Below are positions 51,860 to 61,140 of a stretch of 64,000 bases of DNA, piece after piece. Position numbers and translations under genes: made by a program. Every line of letters starts with the position of its first letter. Positions within the stretch are counted from its first letter, which is position 1. This DNA comes from an uncultured bacterium (GTDB lineage Bacteria > Bacillota > Clostridia > Oscillospirales > CAG-272). The notes beneath the pieces were generated by a model. It made no database searches. It was not told the origin of the DNA and saw only the letters and a program-made list of their open reading frames with translations. The stretch covers positions 332 through 64,331 of the forward strand of contig CAMEJM010000009.1 in assembly GCA_945920215.1 (NCBI GenBank), in the 5' to 3' direction.

Positions 51860-54481
51860 ATGGAAACCAACCAGACGCGTGAAATCATTGACGGCGTGGA
51901 AAAGTTGGAGGCTGCGCTCGCACGCCTGAAAGAGGCGCAGAAAGAGTACTCCTCCTACACGCAGGAACAGGTTGACAAAATCTTCTTTGCAGCAGCCGTT
52001 GCCGCAAACAAGATGCGCATACCGCTCGCAAAAATGGCGGTGGAAGAGACCGGCATGGGCGTAGTGGAAGATAAGGTCATCAAGAACCACTATGCCGCAG
52101 AGTATATTTACAACAAATACAAAAATACCCAAACTTGCGGCGTCATTGAGGAAGATAAAGAATTCGGCATCAAGAAGATCGCGGAGCCGATCGGCGTTGT
52201 GGCGGCGGTCATTCCGACCACCAACCCCACCTCGACCGCAATCTTCAAGACCCTGCTTGCCCTCAAGACCCGTAACGCCATCATCATCAGTCCTCACCCC
52301 CGCGCCAAGAAGAGCACCGCGGCTGCCGCAAAGGTTGTCTTGGACGCCGCTGTGGCTGCCGGCGCGCCGGCGGGGATCATCGACTGGATCGATATGCCCA
52401 GCCTTGACATGACCAACCTGGTGATGAAGGAAGCCGACATCATCCTGGCGACCGGCGGCCCCGGCATGGTGCACGCCGCTTACTCCAGCGGCAAGCCTGC
52501 CATCGGCGTCGGCGCGGGCAATACCCCTGCGATCATTGACGAGAGCGCGGACATTCTGCTTGCCGTCAACTCCATCATTCACTCCAAGACCTTTGACAAC
52601 GGTATGATCTGCGCGTCCGAGCAGTCGGTCATTGTCCTTGACAAGGTTTACAATAAGGTGAAACGCGAGTTCGCCGACAGAGGCTGCTACTTCCTGAAAG
52701 GGGAGGAACTCGACAAGGTACGCAAGACCATTCTGATCAACGGCGCGCTCAACGCAAAGATCGTCGGTCAGTCCGCTTGCAAGATTGCGGAGCTGTCCGG
52801 GGTCAAGGTACCCGAAAGCGCCAAGATCCTGATAGGCGAAGTGGAGAGCGTGGATATTTCCGAGGAATTCGCGCATGAGAAGCTGTCCCCCGTCCTCGCC
52901 ATGTATCACGCCAAGGATTTCGGCGACGCGCTTGACAAGGCGGAGAGACTGATCGCCGACGGCGGTTACGGTCACACCTCCAGCGTGTACCTCAACGTCA
53001 TCACCGAGCAGGAGAAGCTCGCCACATTCGGCGCCCGCATGAAGACCTGCCGTATCCTGGTCAACACCCCCTCCTCTCAGGGCGGTATCGGCGACCTGTA
53101 TAACTTCAAGCTCGCGCCCTCGCTCACGCTGGGCTGCGGTTCTTGGGGCGGTAACAGCGTATCCGAGAACGTAGGCGTGAAGCACCTGCTTAACATCAAG
53201 ACAGTCGCCGAGAGGAGAGAAAATATGCTTTGGTTCAGAGCCCCCGAAAAGGTTTATTTGAAGAAGGGCTGCCTGCCCGTCGCTCTCGACGAGCTGGGCA
53301 CCGTGATGCACAAGAAGAAAGCCTTCATCGTCACCGACAGCTTCCTTTACCAAAACGGCTTTACCAAGCCGATCACAAACAAACTGGACGAAATGGGAAT
53401 CACCCATGCCACCTTCTTCGACGTGGCGCCCGACCCGACCCTGGCTTGCGCCAAAGAGGGCGTGGCACAGATGAGAGCGTTCGCGCCCGATGTGATCATC
53501 GCGCTGGGCGGCGGCTCCGCAATGGACGCTGCCAAGATCATGTGGGTGATGTATGAACACCCCGAAGCGGACTTCATGGATATGGCAATGCGCTTCTCGG
53601 ATATCAGAAAGCGTGTTTACACCTTCCCGAAGATGGGTGAAAAGGCATATTTCGTGGCTGTCCCGACCTCTGCCGGTACCGGCTCCGAGGTGACGCCTTT
53701 CGCAGTCATTACCGATGAATCCACCGGTGTGAAATATCCGCTTGCCGACTATGCCCTGATGCCGAACATGGCGATCGTGGACGCCGATATGCATATGACC
53801 GCGCCCAAGGGTCTGACCAGCGCGTCCGGTATCGACGCCGTGACCCACGCTCTTGAGGCATATGCTTCCATGATGGCAACCGACTATACCGACGGTCTGG
53901 CTCTCCGCGCGCTGAAGGTCATCTTCGAATATCTGCCCCGCGCGTACGACAACGGTCAGAACGACCCCGTGGCGCGTGAAAAGATGGCAAATGCCGCCAC
54001 TATGGCGGGCATGGCGTTCGCCAACGCGTTCCTCGGCGTCTGCCACTCCATGGCGCACAAGCTCGGCGCCTTCCATCACCTGCCGCACGGCGTGGCGAAC
54101 GCGCTGATGATCGAACAGGTGCTGCGCTTCAACGCCGCAGAAGTGCCGACCAAGATGGGTACTTTCCCGCAGTATGACCACCCGCACACCCTTGCCCGCT
54201 ACGCGGAGGTTGCAGACTTCCTCGGGATCAAGGGTAAGAACGACGAGGAGAAGCTCGAGGGTCTGATCAAGGCGGTCAACGACCTCAAGACCCGCGTCGG
54301 AATCAAGGCGACCATCAAGGACTACGGCGTTGACGAAAAGTACTTCCTCGACAATCTTGACAACATGGTGGAGCAGGCGTTTGACGACCAGTGCACCGGC
54401 GCTAACCCGCGTTATCCTCTGATGAGCGAAATCAAGCAGATGTACCTCAACGCATATTACGGAACCAACGAAAAAGTGTAA
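51860..54481 (+). CDS. adhE: bifunctional acetaldehyde-CoA / alcohol dehydrogenase
   Basis: 873 aa. N-terminal ALDH domain (...EPIGVVAAVIPTTNPTST..FK.L.ALKTRNAIIISPHPRA) plus a C-terminal Fe-ADH domain (GGGSAMDAAK...). Confidence 0.95.
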   Translation: METNQTREIIDGVEKLEAALARLKEAQKEYSSYTQEQVDKIFFAAAVAANKMRIPLAKMAVEETGMGVVEDKVIKNHYAAEYIYNKYKNTQTCGVIEEDKEFGIKKIAEPIGVVAAVIPTTNPTSTAIFKTLLALKTRNAIIISPHPRAKKSTAAAAKVVLDAAVAAGAPAGIIDWIDMPSLDMTNLVMKEADIILATGGPGMVHAAYSSGKPAIGVGAGNTPAIIDESADILLAVNSIIHSKTFDNGMICASEQSVIVLDKVYNKVKREFADRGCYFLKGEELDKVRKTILINGALNAKIVGQSACKIAELSGVKVPESAKILIGEVESVDISEEFAHEKLSPVLAMYHAKDFGDALDKAERLIADGGYGHTSSVYLNVITEQEKLATFGARMKTCRILVNTPSSQGGIGDLYNFKLAPSLTLGCGSWGGNSVSENVGVKHLLNIKTVAERRENMLWFRAPEKVYLKKGCLPVALDELGTVMHKKKAFIVTDSFLYQNGFTKPITNKLDEMGITHATFFDVAPDPTLACAKEGVAQMRAFAPDVIIALGGGSAMDAAKIMWVMYEHPEADFMDMAMRFSDIRKRVYTFPKMGEKAYFVAVPTSAGTGSEVTPFAVITDESTGVKYPLADYALMPNMAIVDADMHMTAPKGLTSASGIDAVTHALEAYASMMATDYTDGLALRALKVIFEYLPRAYDNGQNDPVAREKMANAATMAGMAFANAFLGVCHSMAHKLGAFHHLPHGVANALMIEQVLRFNAAEVPTKMGTFPQYDHPHTLARYAEVADFLGIKGKNDEEKLEGLIKAVNDLKTRVGIKATIKDYGVDEKYFLDNLDNMVEQAFDDQCTGANPRYPLMSEIKQMYLNAYYGTNEKV

Positions 54482-54503
54482 GGAAAACAGGGAGGATAAA
54501 AGA

Positions 54504-55253
54504 ATGAAACTGGATCAAGTGATTGCAAAGCGCCCCAACAAGACCATTTACCGTGACGGCGACAAGACCATCAAGGTTTTTGAACCCAGCTTTTCCACCG
54601 CCGACGTCCTCAACGAGGCGCTGAACCTGGCGCGCGTCGGCGAGACTTCTCTCAACATTCCCAAGCTCCACGAGGTTTCCAAAATCGACGGCAAGTGGGC
54701 GATCGTCTATGATTATATCGACGGTCGCTCCCTGACCGACCTCATGCTTGCCTATCCCGAAAAGCACGAGGAACACCTGAACCTGTTTGTGGATCTGCAG
54801 ATTCAGATTCAGAGCCAGCGCGTGCCGCTTCTCACCAAGCTGCGCGATAAAATGCACCGCAAGATCGACCAGACCGATCTGGATGCCACCGCACGGTATG
54901 AGCTGCATACCCGCCTGGAGGGTATGCCCCGCCACAACAAGCTCTGCCACGGCGACTACAACACCGCCAATATCATCATCACCAAGGACGGCACCCCGTA
55001 TATTCTGGACTGGTCCCACGCCACCCAGGGCAATGCGTCCGCCGACGTGGCGCGCACCTACCTGCTGTACAGCCTGAAAGGTATGCGCGAGGAGGCGGAG
55101 CAGTACGTCAACCTCTTCTGCCGCAAGACCGATACCGCGAAGCAGTATGTGCAGAAATGGCTGCCGATCGTCGCCGCTTCCCAGTCCGTCAAGGGGCGCC
55201 CCGAGGAAAAGGAATTCCTGAGCCAGTGGGTCAACGTCGTTGAGTTCGAGTGA
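54504..55253 (+). CDS. APH/choline-kinase-fold protein kinase-like phosphotransferase
   Basis: 249 aa. Catalytic loop LCHGDYNTANIIITKDG.PYILDW. Confidence 0.7.
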   Translation: MKLDQVIAKRPNKTIYRDGDKTIKVFEPSFSTADVLNEALNLARVGETSLNIPKLHEVSKIDGKWAIVYDYIDGRSLTDLMLAYPEKHEEHLNLFVDLQIQIQSQRVPLLTKLRDKMHRKIDQTDLDATARYELHTRLEGMPRHNKLCHGDYNTANIIITKDGTPYILDWSHATQGNASADVARTYLLYSLKGMREEAEQYVNLFCRKTDTAKQYVQKWLPIVAASQSVKGRPEEKEFLSQWVNVVEFE

Positions 55254-55267
55254 TCGGAGACTCACCG

Positions 55268-55507
55268 ATGAAAGTAACCGTTTGCATCGGCAGCTCCTGC
55301 CATCTCAAAGGCTCTCGCCAGGTGGTGGAGACATTGCACGCCCTGATTGAGGAGCATCAATTGACGGGGCGCGTGGAGCTTGCCGGGACGTTTTGCATGG
55401 GCAATTGTCAGAGCGGCGTGTGCGTGCGGCGCGACGGGGAGTTGTTTTCCGTCACGCCCGAAACCGCGCGGCACTTCTTTGAAACCGAAATTTTGCCGGT
55501 TTTGTAA
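55268..55507 (+). CDS. thioredoxin-like [2Fe-2S] ferredoxin
   Basis: 79 aa. VTVCIGSSCHLKGS...AGTFCMGNCQSGVCV has the four-Cys pattern of NuoE/HndA-type ferredoxins. Confidence 0.65.
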   Translation: MKVTVCIGSSCHLKGSRQVVETLHALIEEHQLTGRVELAGTFCMGNCQSGVCVRRDGELFSVTPETARHFFETEILPVL

Positions 55508-55611
55508 TGTACATAGCAAAGGCTGCCCCGCCGGCGAATACCCGGTGCGACAGCCTTCGCCATTGATACCGTCATGGCGCGCCCCCTCTGTCAGGGGGCG
55601 GAGGAGTGAAT

Positions 55612-57288
55612 ATGGCAGATTTTCTGAAACTCAAAAAATCGAACTGTAAAAACTGTTATAAATGTATCCGCCATTGCCCCGTCAAGTCCATCCGCTTCTC
55701 CGGGGGACAGGCGCATATCATCGGGGACGAGTGCATTCTGTGCGGTCACTGCTTTGTGGTCTGCCCGCAGAACGCCAAGGAGATCGTCGGCAGCGTGGAG
55801 GCGGTCAAGGTACTGCTCGCGGGGGACGCCCCCGTGTACGCGAGCATCGCTCCCTCTTTCGTCGCCAACTATGAGGGCGTTGGCATTGAGGCAATGGACG
55901 AGGCGCTGCGCAAGCTGGGCTTCGCCGGTGCGGAGGAAACCGCCATCGGCGCGACCATTGTCAAAAAGGAATATGAACGTCTGCTGAAAGAGGAAAAGCG
56001 CGACGTTCTGATCTCCTCCTGCTGTCACAGCGTCAATCTTCTGATACGCAAGTATTATCCCGCCGCGCTGCGCTATCTTGCCGACGTCGTGTCTCCGATG
56101 GAGGCGCACAGCCTGGACATCAAGCGCCGCTATCCCGGCGCCAAGACCGTGTTCATCGGTCCCTGCGTCGCCAAAAAGGACGAGGCGGACAAGAGCGGGG
56201 GAATCACCGACGAGGTGCTGACCTTCGAGGAGCTGACCGAATGGCTGGCGAGCGAGGGGATCGAACTTGAAAAGCGCCGCGAGAAGCGCGCGGACAGCCG
56301 CGCGCGCCTGTTCCCGACCACCGGGGGAATCCTGAAAACCATGGTGTGCGATCAGGCGGAATATACCTATCTTGCTGTGGACGGTGTGGAGAACTGCATT
56401 GCCGCGCTGAAGGATATTGAGAGCGGAAAGCTGCATCACTGCTTCATAGAGATGTCCGTGTGCGCGGGGAGCTGTATCGGCGGCCCCGTGATGGAGAAGT
56501 ACCACAATTCCCCGGTGCAGGGCTATGTCAACGTGACGGAATACGCGGGAGAAAAGGATTTCCCCGTATCGCAGCTGACCAAGGAGCAGACCAAGCAGCG
56601 GATGCTGCCCATTCCGGATACGAACAAAACGCCGAGCGAGGTGGAGATCGCGGATATTCTCCGTCAGATGGGCAAGACCCGCCCCGAACACGAGCTGAAC
56701 TGCGGCTCCTGCGGGTATAACTCCTGCCGTGAAAAGGCGATTGCCGTTTACCGGGGCAAGGCGGAGATTTCCATGTGCTTGCCGTATCTGAAGGACAGGG
56801 CGGAGGACTTCTCCGATACCATTATCAACAACACCCCCAACGGCATTCTGGTGCTCAACGAGACGCTGGAGGTGCAGCGCATCAACCGCGCGGCGCAGAA
56901 AATCCTGAACATCCGCAACCAGAGCGACGTGCTGGGGGAGCAGGTGGTCAGAATCCTCGACCCGCAGGACTTTTTGCAGGTCATGCACAGCGGCAGGGAT
57001 ATCCGCGAGAAGCGGGTGTATCTTGCGGAATACAACCGGTATGTGGACGAAACCATTATGTTTGATCCGCAGTACCGTGTTCTGGTGTGTATGCTGCGCG
57101 ACGCGACCGAAGAGGAGACCGAGAGGGAAAAGAAGGAAACCATCCGCACCCGTACCGTGGAAACCGCCGACAAGGTGGTGGATAAACAGATGCGGGTCAT
57201 TCAGGAAATCGCGTCCCTGCTCGGCGAGACCGCCGCGGAGACAAAGATCGCCCTGACCAAGCTCAAGGAGTCGATCGGCGATGAATAA
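55612..57288 (+). CDS. hydS: sensory-type [FeFe]-hydrogenase-like protein with C-terminal PAS domain (HydS/HfsB type)
   Basis: 2x[4Fe-4S] ferredoxin N-terminus. H-domain motifs ISSCCHS, GPCVAKKDE, IEMSVCAGSCIGGP. An extra Cys4 (CGSCGYNSC...C). Then a PAS-like segment: TIINNTPNGILVLNETLEVQRINRAAQKILN. Confidence 0.85.
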   Translation: MADFLKLKKSNCKNCYKCIRHCPVKSIRFSGGQAHIIGDECILCGHCFVVCPQNAKEIVGSVEAVKVLLAGDAPVYASIAPSFVANYEGVGIEAMDEALRKLGFAGAEETAIGATIVKKEYERLLKEEKRDVLISSCCHSVNLLIRKYYPAALRYLADVVSPMEAHSLDIKRRYPGAKTVFIGPCVAKKDEADKSGGITDEVLTFEELTEWLASEGIELEKRREKRADSRARLFPTTGGILKTMVCDQAEYTYLAVDGVENCIAALKDIESGKLHHCFIEMSVCAGSCIGGPVMEKYHNSPVQGYVNVTEYAGEKDFPVSQLTKEQTKQRMLPIPDTNKTPSEVEIADILRQMGKTRPEHELNCGSCGYNSCREKAIAVYRGKAEISMCLPYLKDRAEDFSDTIINNTPNGILVLNETLEVQRINRAAQKILNIRNQSDVLGEQVVRILDPQDFLQVMHSGRDIREKRVYLAEYNRYVDETIMFDPQYRVLVCMLRDATEEETEREKKETIRTRTVETADKVVDKQMRVIQEIASLLGETAAETKIALTKLKESIGDE

Positions 57289-58450
57289 GCTGTGCGCCGA
57301 TATCGGCTGGAGAAGCATGAATAAATGGGGGGAGGAGCTCTGCGGCGACCATGTGGAGATCGTGGAGAACGACTCCGCCACCACCGTCGTGCTGGCGGAC
57401 GGACTCGGCAGCGGGGTCAAGGCGAACATCCTGTCGACCCTGACCGCCAAAATCATATCCACGATGATCTCCCAGGACATGGAACTGGAGGAGTGCGTCA
57501 AGACGGTGATCTCCACCTTGCCGGTCTGTGCGGTACGCGGCGTTGCCTACTGCACCTTTACCATCATCCGTATCACCAATTCCGAGGAAGCCGAGATCAT
57601 TCAGTACGACAATCCGCAGGTGATTCTCCTGCGGGACGGGCACGGGGTGGATTATCCCGTGACGGAGATGAACATTGAGGGGAAGACCATTCTGCGCTCC
57701 CGCGTCAAGCTGCGGGAGGGCGACGTGTTCATCGCCATGAGCGACGGCTGTATTCACGCGGGGGTCGGTATGGAGCTGAACTTCGGGTGGGAGCGCAAGG
57801 ACATCGTGGAATTCATGGAGCCGATGAGCGTGACGGATTTCACAGCCAAAACCCTCAACACCATTCTGCTGGACGAGTGCAACCGCCTCTACGGAGGACA
57901 GCCGGGGGACGACACCACCGCTTGCACGGTCAGGATCCGGGAGCGCAAGCCCATGAACCTTTTGATGGGACCGCCCGCCGACCGCGACGACTGCAACCGT
58001 ATGATGAGCCTGTTCTTCGCCAAGGGGGGCAAGCATATCGTATGCGGCGGCACCACTTCGTCCATCGCCGCGGAATACCTCGGCAAGCCCGTGGTGCCCG
58101 ACCTGGAGTTTTCCGACCCGGAAATTCCGCCGACCGCGACCATCGAGGGCGTGGATCTGGTGACGGAGGGCGTCATCACCATGAGCCATGTGCTCACCTA
58201 CGCGCAGGACTACCTTGCGGACAATGCGCTGTACACCAAATGGAGCTACGGGCAGGACGGCGCGTCGAGAATCGCGCAACTCCTGTTCGAGGAGGCGACC
58301 GACATCAATTTCTTTGTGGGGCGGGCAATCAACCCCGCGCATCAGAACCCTGCGCTGCCCATCAATTTCAGCATTAAAATGCGCATTGTCGATCAACTTG
58401 CGGAATGCCTTGAAAAAATGGGGAAAAAAGTGAAGGTCAGTTACTTTTAA
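57281..58450 (+). CDS. PP2C/SpoIIE-family serine phosphatase
   Basis: GEELCGDHVEIVE...VVLADGLGSGVKANILS...IAMSDGCIHAG. It overlaps the hydS stop by 8 nt. Confidence 0.85.
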   Translation: MNKLCADIGWRSMNKWGEELCGDHVEIVENDSATTVVLADGLGSGVKANILSTLTAKIISTMISQDMELEECVKTVISTLPVCAVRGVAYCTFTIIRITNSEEAEIIQYDNPQVILLRDGHGVDYPVTEMNIEGKTILRSRVKLREGDVFIAMSDGCIHAGVGMELNFGWERKDIVEFMEPMSVTDFTAKTLNTILLDECNRLYGGQPGDDTTACTVRIRERKPMNLLMGPPADRDDCNRMMSLFFAKGGKHIVCGGTTSSIAAEYLGKPVVPDLEFSDPEIPPTATIEGVDLVTEGVITMSHVLTYAQDYLADNALYTKWSYGQDGASRIAQLLFEEATDINFFVGRAINPAHQNPALPINFSIKMRIVDQLAECLEKMGKKVKVSYF

Positions 58451-58461
58451 GGAGAAAGAGA

Positions 58462-59886
58462 ATGAGAAAGTTCGACACAAAGGTACAGCACCTCAAATAT
58501 AAGGTACTGCGGGAAGTGGCGCGCGACGCGTGGAACGGCACGCTGGCAATGTCCGCTTTGGATATTCCGAAGCGCATCGTGCCGGGGAAAACGCCGACGA
58601 TGCGTTGCTGCGTGTACAAGGAACGCGCCATCCTTGCCGAGCGTGTCAAAATCGCAATGGGGTGGGACAAGGAAAATCCCAACGTCATTGAAGTCATCGA
58701 TATCGCCTGCGACGAGTGCCCGGTCGGCGGCTACGAGGTGACGGAATCCTGCCGCGGCTGCCTTGCCCACCGCTGCGAGGATGTGTGCCCCAAGGGCGCC
58801 ATTTCCTTTGACAGCCATCAGAAAGCGCATATCGACAAGACCAAATGCGTCAACTGCGGTGCCTGCGCCAAGGTATGCCCTTATACCGCCATCAACAACC
58901 ACAAGCGCCCCTGCGAGGCGGCTTGCAAGGTCAAGGCGATCAGCCCCGGCGCAGATCTTTCCGCTACGATCGACAACAGCAAGTGCATTGCCTGCGGCGC
59001 GTGCGTATATCAGTGTCCGTTCGGGGCGATTACGGATAAATCCTATATCGTCGACGTGATTGATATTCTGAAGCACAGTCAAGGCGGCAGCGCCTACAAG
59101 GTGTACGCCATTGTCGCGCCCTCGGTTTCCAGTCAGTTCACATACGCGAAGCTGGGGCAGGTGGTCAGCGGCATCAAGGCGCTCGGCTTCCACACCGCCA
59201 TTGAAGCGGCGCTCGGGGCGGATATGGTCGCCTATGCCGAGTCGCGCGAGCTGGTGGAAAAGGGAATCCTGACAAGTTCCTGCTGCCCCGCGTTTGTGGA
59301 CTATATCCGCAAGCAGTTCCCGCAGCTTGAACAGTACATCTCTCACAACCTTTCCCCGATGGCGACCATCGCCAAATACATCAAGGAGCAGGACCCCGCG
59401 TGCAAGACCGTCTTTATCGGTCCCTGCACGGCGAAGAAAATGGAGTTCCGCCGCCCGGAGGTCGCGCCGTACATCGACAGCGTGATCACCTTTGAGGAAT
59501 TGCAGGCGCTCTTTGACAGCCGCGATATAGACATCACCTCCATGGAGGAGAACGTCATGGACAACGCCTCCTATTACGGGCGCATTTTTGCCCGTTGCGG
59601 CGGTCTTTCCGACGCGGTCAGGGAGGGGCTTAAGGAGCAGGGGAGAGAGGACTTCGAGGTGCGCAGCGCTTCCTGCGACGGAATCGAGGAATGCCGCATT
59701 GCTCTCCTGAAACTGTCACGGGGGTTGCAGAACGCCAATTTTATCGAGGGCATGGCGTGCGTGGGCGGCTGTATCGGCGGCGCGGGCTGTCTGACCCATG
59801 GGGAGAAGAACAAGGCGGAGGTTGACAAATACGGAAAGCTTGCGCATGAAAAAACCATTTCCGACGCGATTTCCGTCCTGAAATAA
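58462..59886 (+). CDS. hydA: [FeFe] hydrogenase catalytic subunit (monomeric, multi-ferredoxin N-terminus)
   Basis: H-cluster motifs TSSCCPAFV, GPCTAKKME and EGMACVGGCIGGAGC. Several CxxCxxCxxxCP clusters lie upstream. Confidence 0.9.
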   Translation: MRKFDTKVQHLKYKVLREVARDAWNGTLAMSALDIPKRIVPGKTPTMRCCVYKERAILAERVKIAMGWDKENPNVIEVIDIACDECPVGGYEVTESCRGCLAHRCEDVCPKGAISFDSHQKAHIDKTKCVNCGACAKVCPYTAINNHKRPCEAACKVKAISPGADLSATIDNSKCIACGACVYQCPFGAITDKSYIVDVIDILKHSQGGSAYKVYAIVAPSVSSQFTYAKLGQVVSGIKALGFHTAIEAALGADMVAYAESRELVEKGILTSSCCPAFVDYIRKQFPQLEQYISHNLSPMATIAKYIKEQDPACKTVFIGPCTAKKMEFRRPEVAPYIDSVITFEELQALFDSRDIDITSMEENVMDNASYYGRIFARCGGLSDAVREGLKEQGREDFEVRSASCDGIEECRIALLKLSRGLQNANFIEGMACVGGCIGGAGCLTHGEKNKAEVDKYGKLAHEKTISDAISVLK

Positions 59887-59898
59887 CATCCGACACAA

Positions 59899-59934
59899 AT
59901 GTGCGGCGCAGCGGGCGCCGCACATCTCTTTTTC
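59899..59934 (+). terminator. rho-independent terminator of the rex-adhE-hyd operon
   Basis: ATGTGCGGCGC-AGCGG-GCGCCGCACAT followed by CTCTTTTTC. Confidence 0.85.
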
Positions 59935-60122
59935 ACGATAAGCGGTCCCGTTTGGGGAGCCGCTTTTTCGCATTTCTGCAAGTGTTTTCATGCGGATAAA
60001 AAGAGAATGGAAGAAAAGAGAATATTTGGCGGGGTTATATTACGCCGCAGCGAAAAACACTAAGGGTAATGACAAATAACGGCGTTGCGCCGGAAAATAC
60101 GGCGCCGCGCGGGGAGGCTACG

Positions 60123-60833
60123 ATGAAAATACGGAAAACGGCGCTGTGCGCGGCGGTTGCACTGCTGATACTGCTATGCCCTGTTCTGCACGTGCGCGCG
60201 GAGATTGACGACAGCGTGGCGCGCGTCCAATGTAATGAAAAACTGGTCGCCCTTACCTTTGACGACGGACCTCACCCGCGCTATACCGACCGTGTGCTGA
60301 AAGTACTCGCCGACCACGGCGTGAAAGCCACCTTCTTTATGATCGGTCAGAATGTGAAGTATTATCCCGAAGCCGCGAAGCACGTGGCGGAGGCGGGGCA
60401 CGAAATCGGCAACCACACCTATTCCCATCCTCACTTGTCCCGCGTGGGAGAGGGGGAGCTGGCGGAGCAGATCCGGAAGTGCGACGGGGTCATCCGTGAA
60501 GTGACCGGCGTGACGCCGGTGCTGTTCCGCCCGCCGGAGGGAAAACACGGGATACGGCAGTGCGCGCTGGTGCAGGAATGCGGGTACCGGCAGGTGCTGT
60601 GGAATGTGGACACCCTGGATTGGAGCGGGTGCGGTACGGACAAAATCATCGACCGGGTTCTCCGAAATGTATCGGGCGGGGACATCGTTTTGTTCCACGA
60701 CTATGTGGGAAAGAAGTATCACTCTGCCGACGCCTTGGAGGTCATTATTCCCGCGCTTCAAAAAGACGGGTATCGGTTTGTCACGGTTTCGGAGCTGATT
60801 GCCGCCGGCACCCCTCTGCCGCCGACCTATTGA
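60123..60833 (+). CDS. polysaccharide deacetylase (NodB/CE4) family, secreted
   Basis: Signal peptide, then TFDDGP, HEIGNHTYSHP and LFRPPEG motifs. Confidence 0.85.
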   Translation: MKIRKTALCAAVALLILLCPVLHVRAEIDDSVARVQCNEKLVALTFDDGPHPRYTDRVLKVLADHGVKATFFMIGQNVKYYPEAAKHVAEAGHEIGNHTYSHPHLSRVGEGELAEQIRKCDGVIREVTGVTPVLFRPPEGKHGIRQCALVQECGYRQVLWNVDTLDWSGCGTDKIIDRVLRNVSGGDIVLFHDYVGKKYHSADALEVIIPALQKDGYRFVTVSELIAAGTPLPPTY

Positions 60834-60972
60834 CCCGCCGCCCGCTTTCCTTTTGATTCATTCCGATTCTTTTGCTTGCAGATAATCAATTCCCCCGGTT
60901 TCGTATTCCGACGCAAACTTCAAAACGCCGCGTGCAGCGGCGTTTTTTGCGTGAAAAGAGGGATTGTAACGT

Positions 60973-61018
60973 GAGGGGCGCGGAAAGTCGGAAACAGAGG
61001 GGCGCGGAAAGTCGGAAA
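60973..61018. repeat. tandem direct repeat, 2 full copies (period 24) plus a partial third
   Basis: GAGGGGCGCGGAAAGTCGGAAA at 60973-60994 and 60997-61018 (22/22 identical), then GAGGGC. It ends 8 nt upstream of the -35 of the ABC-exporter promoter. Confidence 0.9.
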
Positions 61019-61026
61019 AGAGGGCA

Positions 61027-61055
61027 TTGACATTAAAAAAGCAGTATGTTAGAAT
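61027..61055 (+). promoter_or_regulatory. sigma-A promoter (TTGACA-N17-TAGAAT)
   Basis: Hexamers at 61027-61032 and 61050-61055. The ORF-track start at 61027 is therefore rejected for the ABC gene. Confidence 0.7.
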
Positions 61056-61140
61056 ACATAATACGCGCGCGACGGCAGAGGTGCAAACGCTTTTCCGCCG
61101 CCGACCGTTGACTGTTTTATCGTTCGAGAGAGGGGTATTC

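Noticed and set aside
60973-61018. Possible mini-CRISPR array.
   Set aside because: There are only two full 22-nt repeats separated by 2 nt, so there are no spacers. No cas genes are present. The position immediately upstream of a -35 box fits a regulatory repeat instead.
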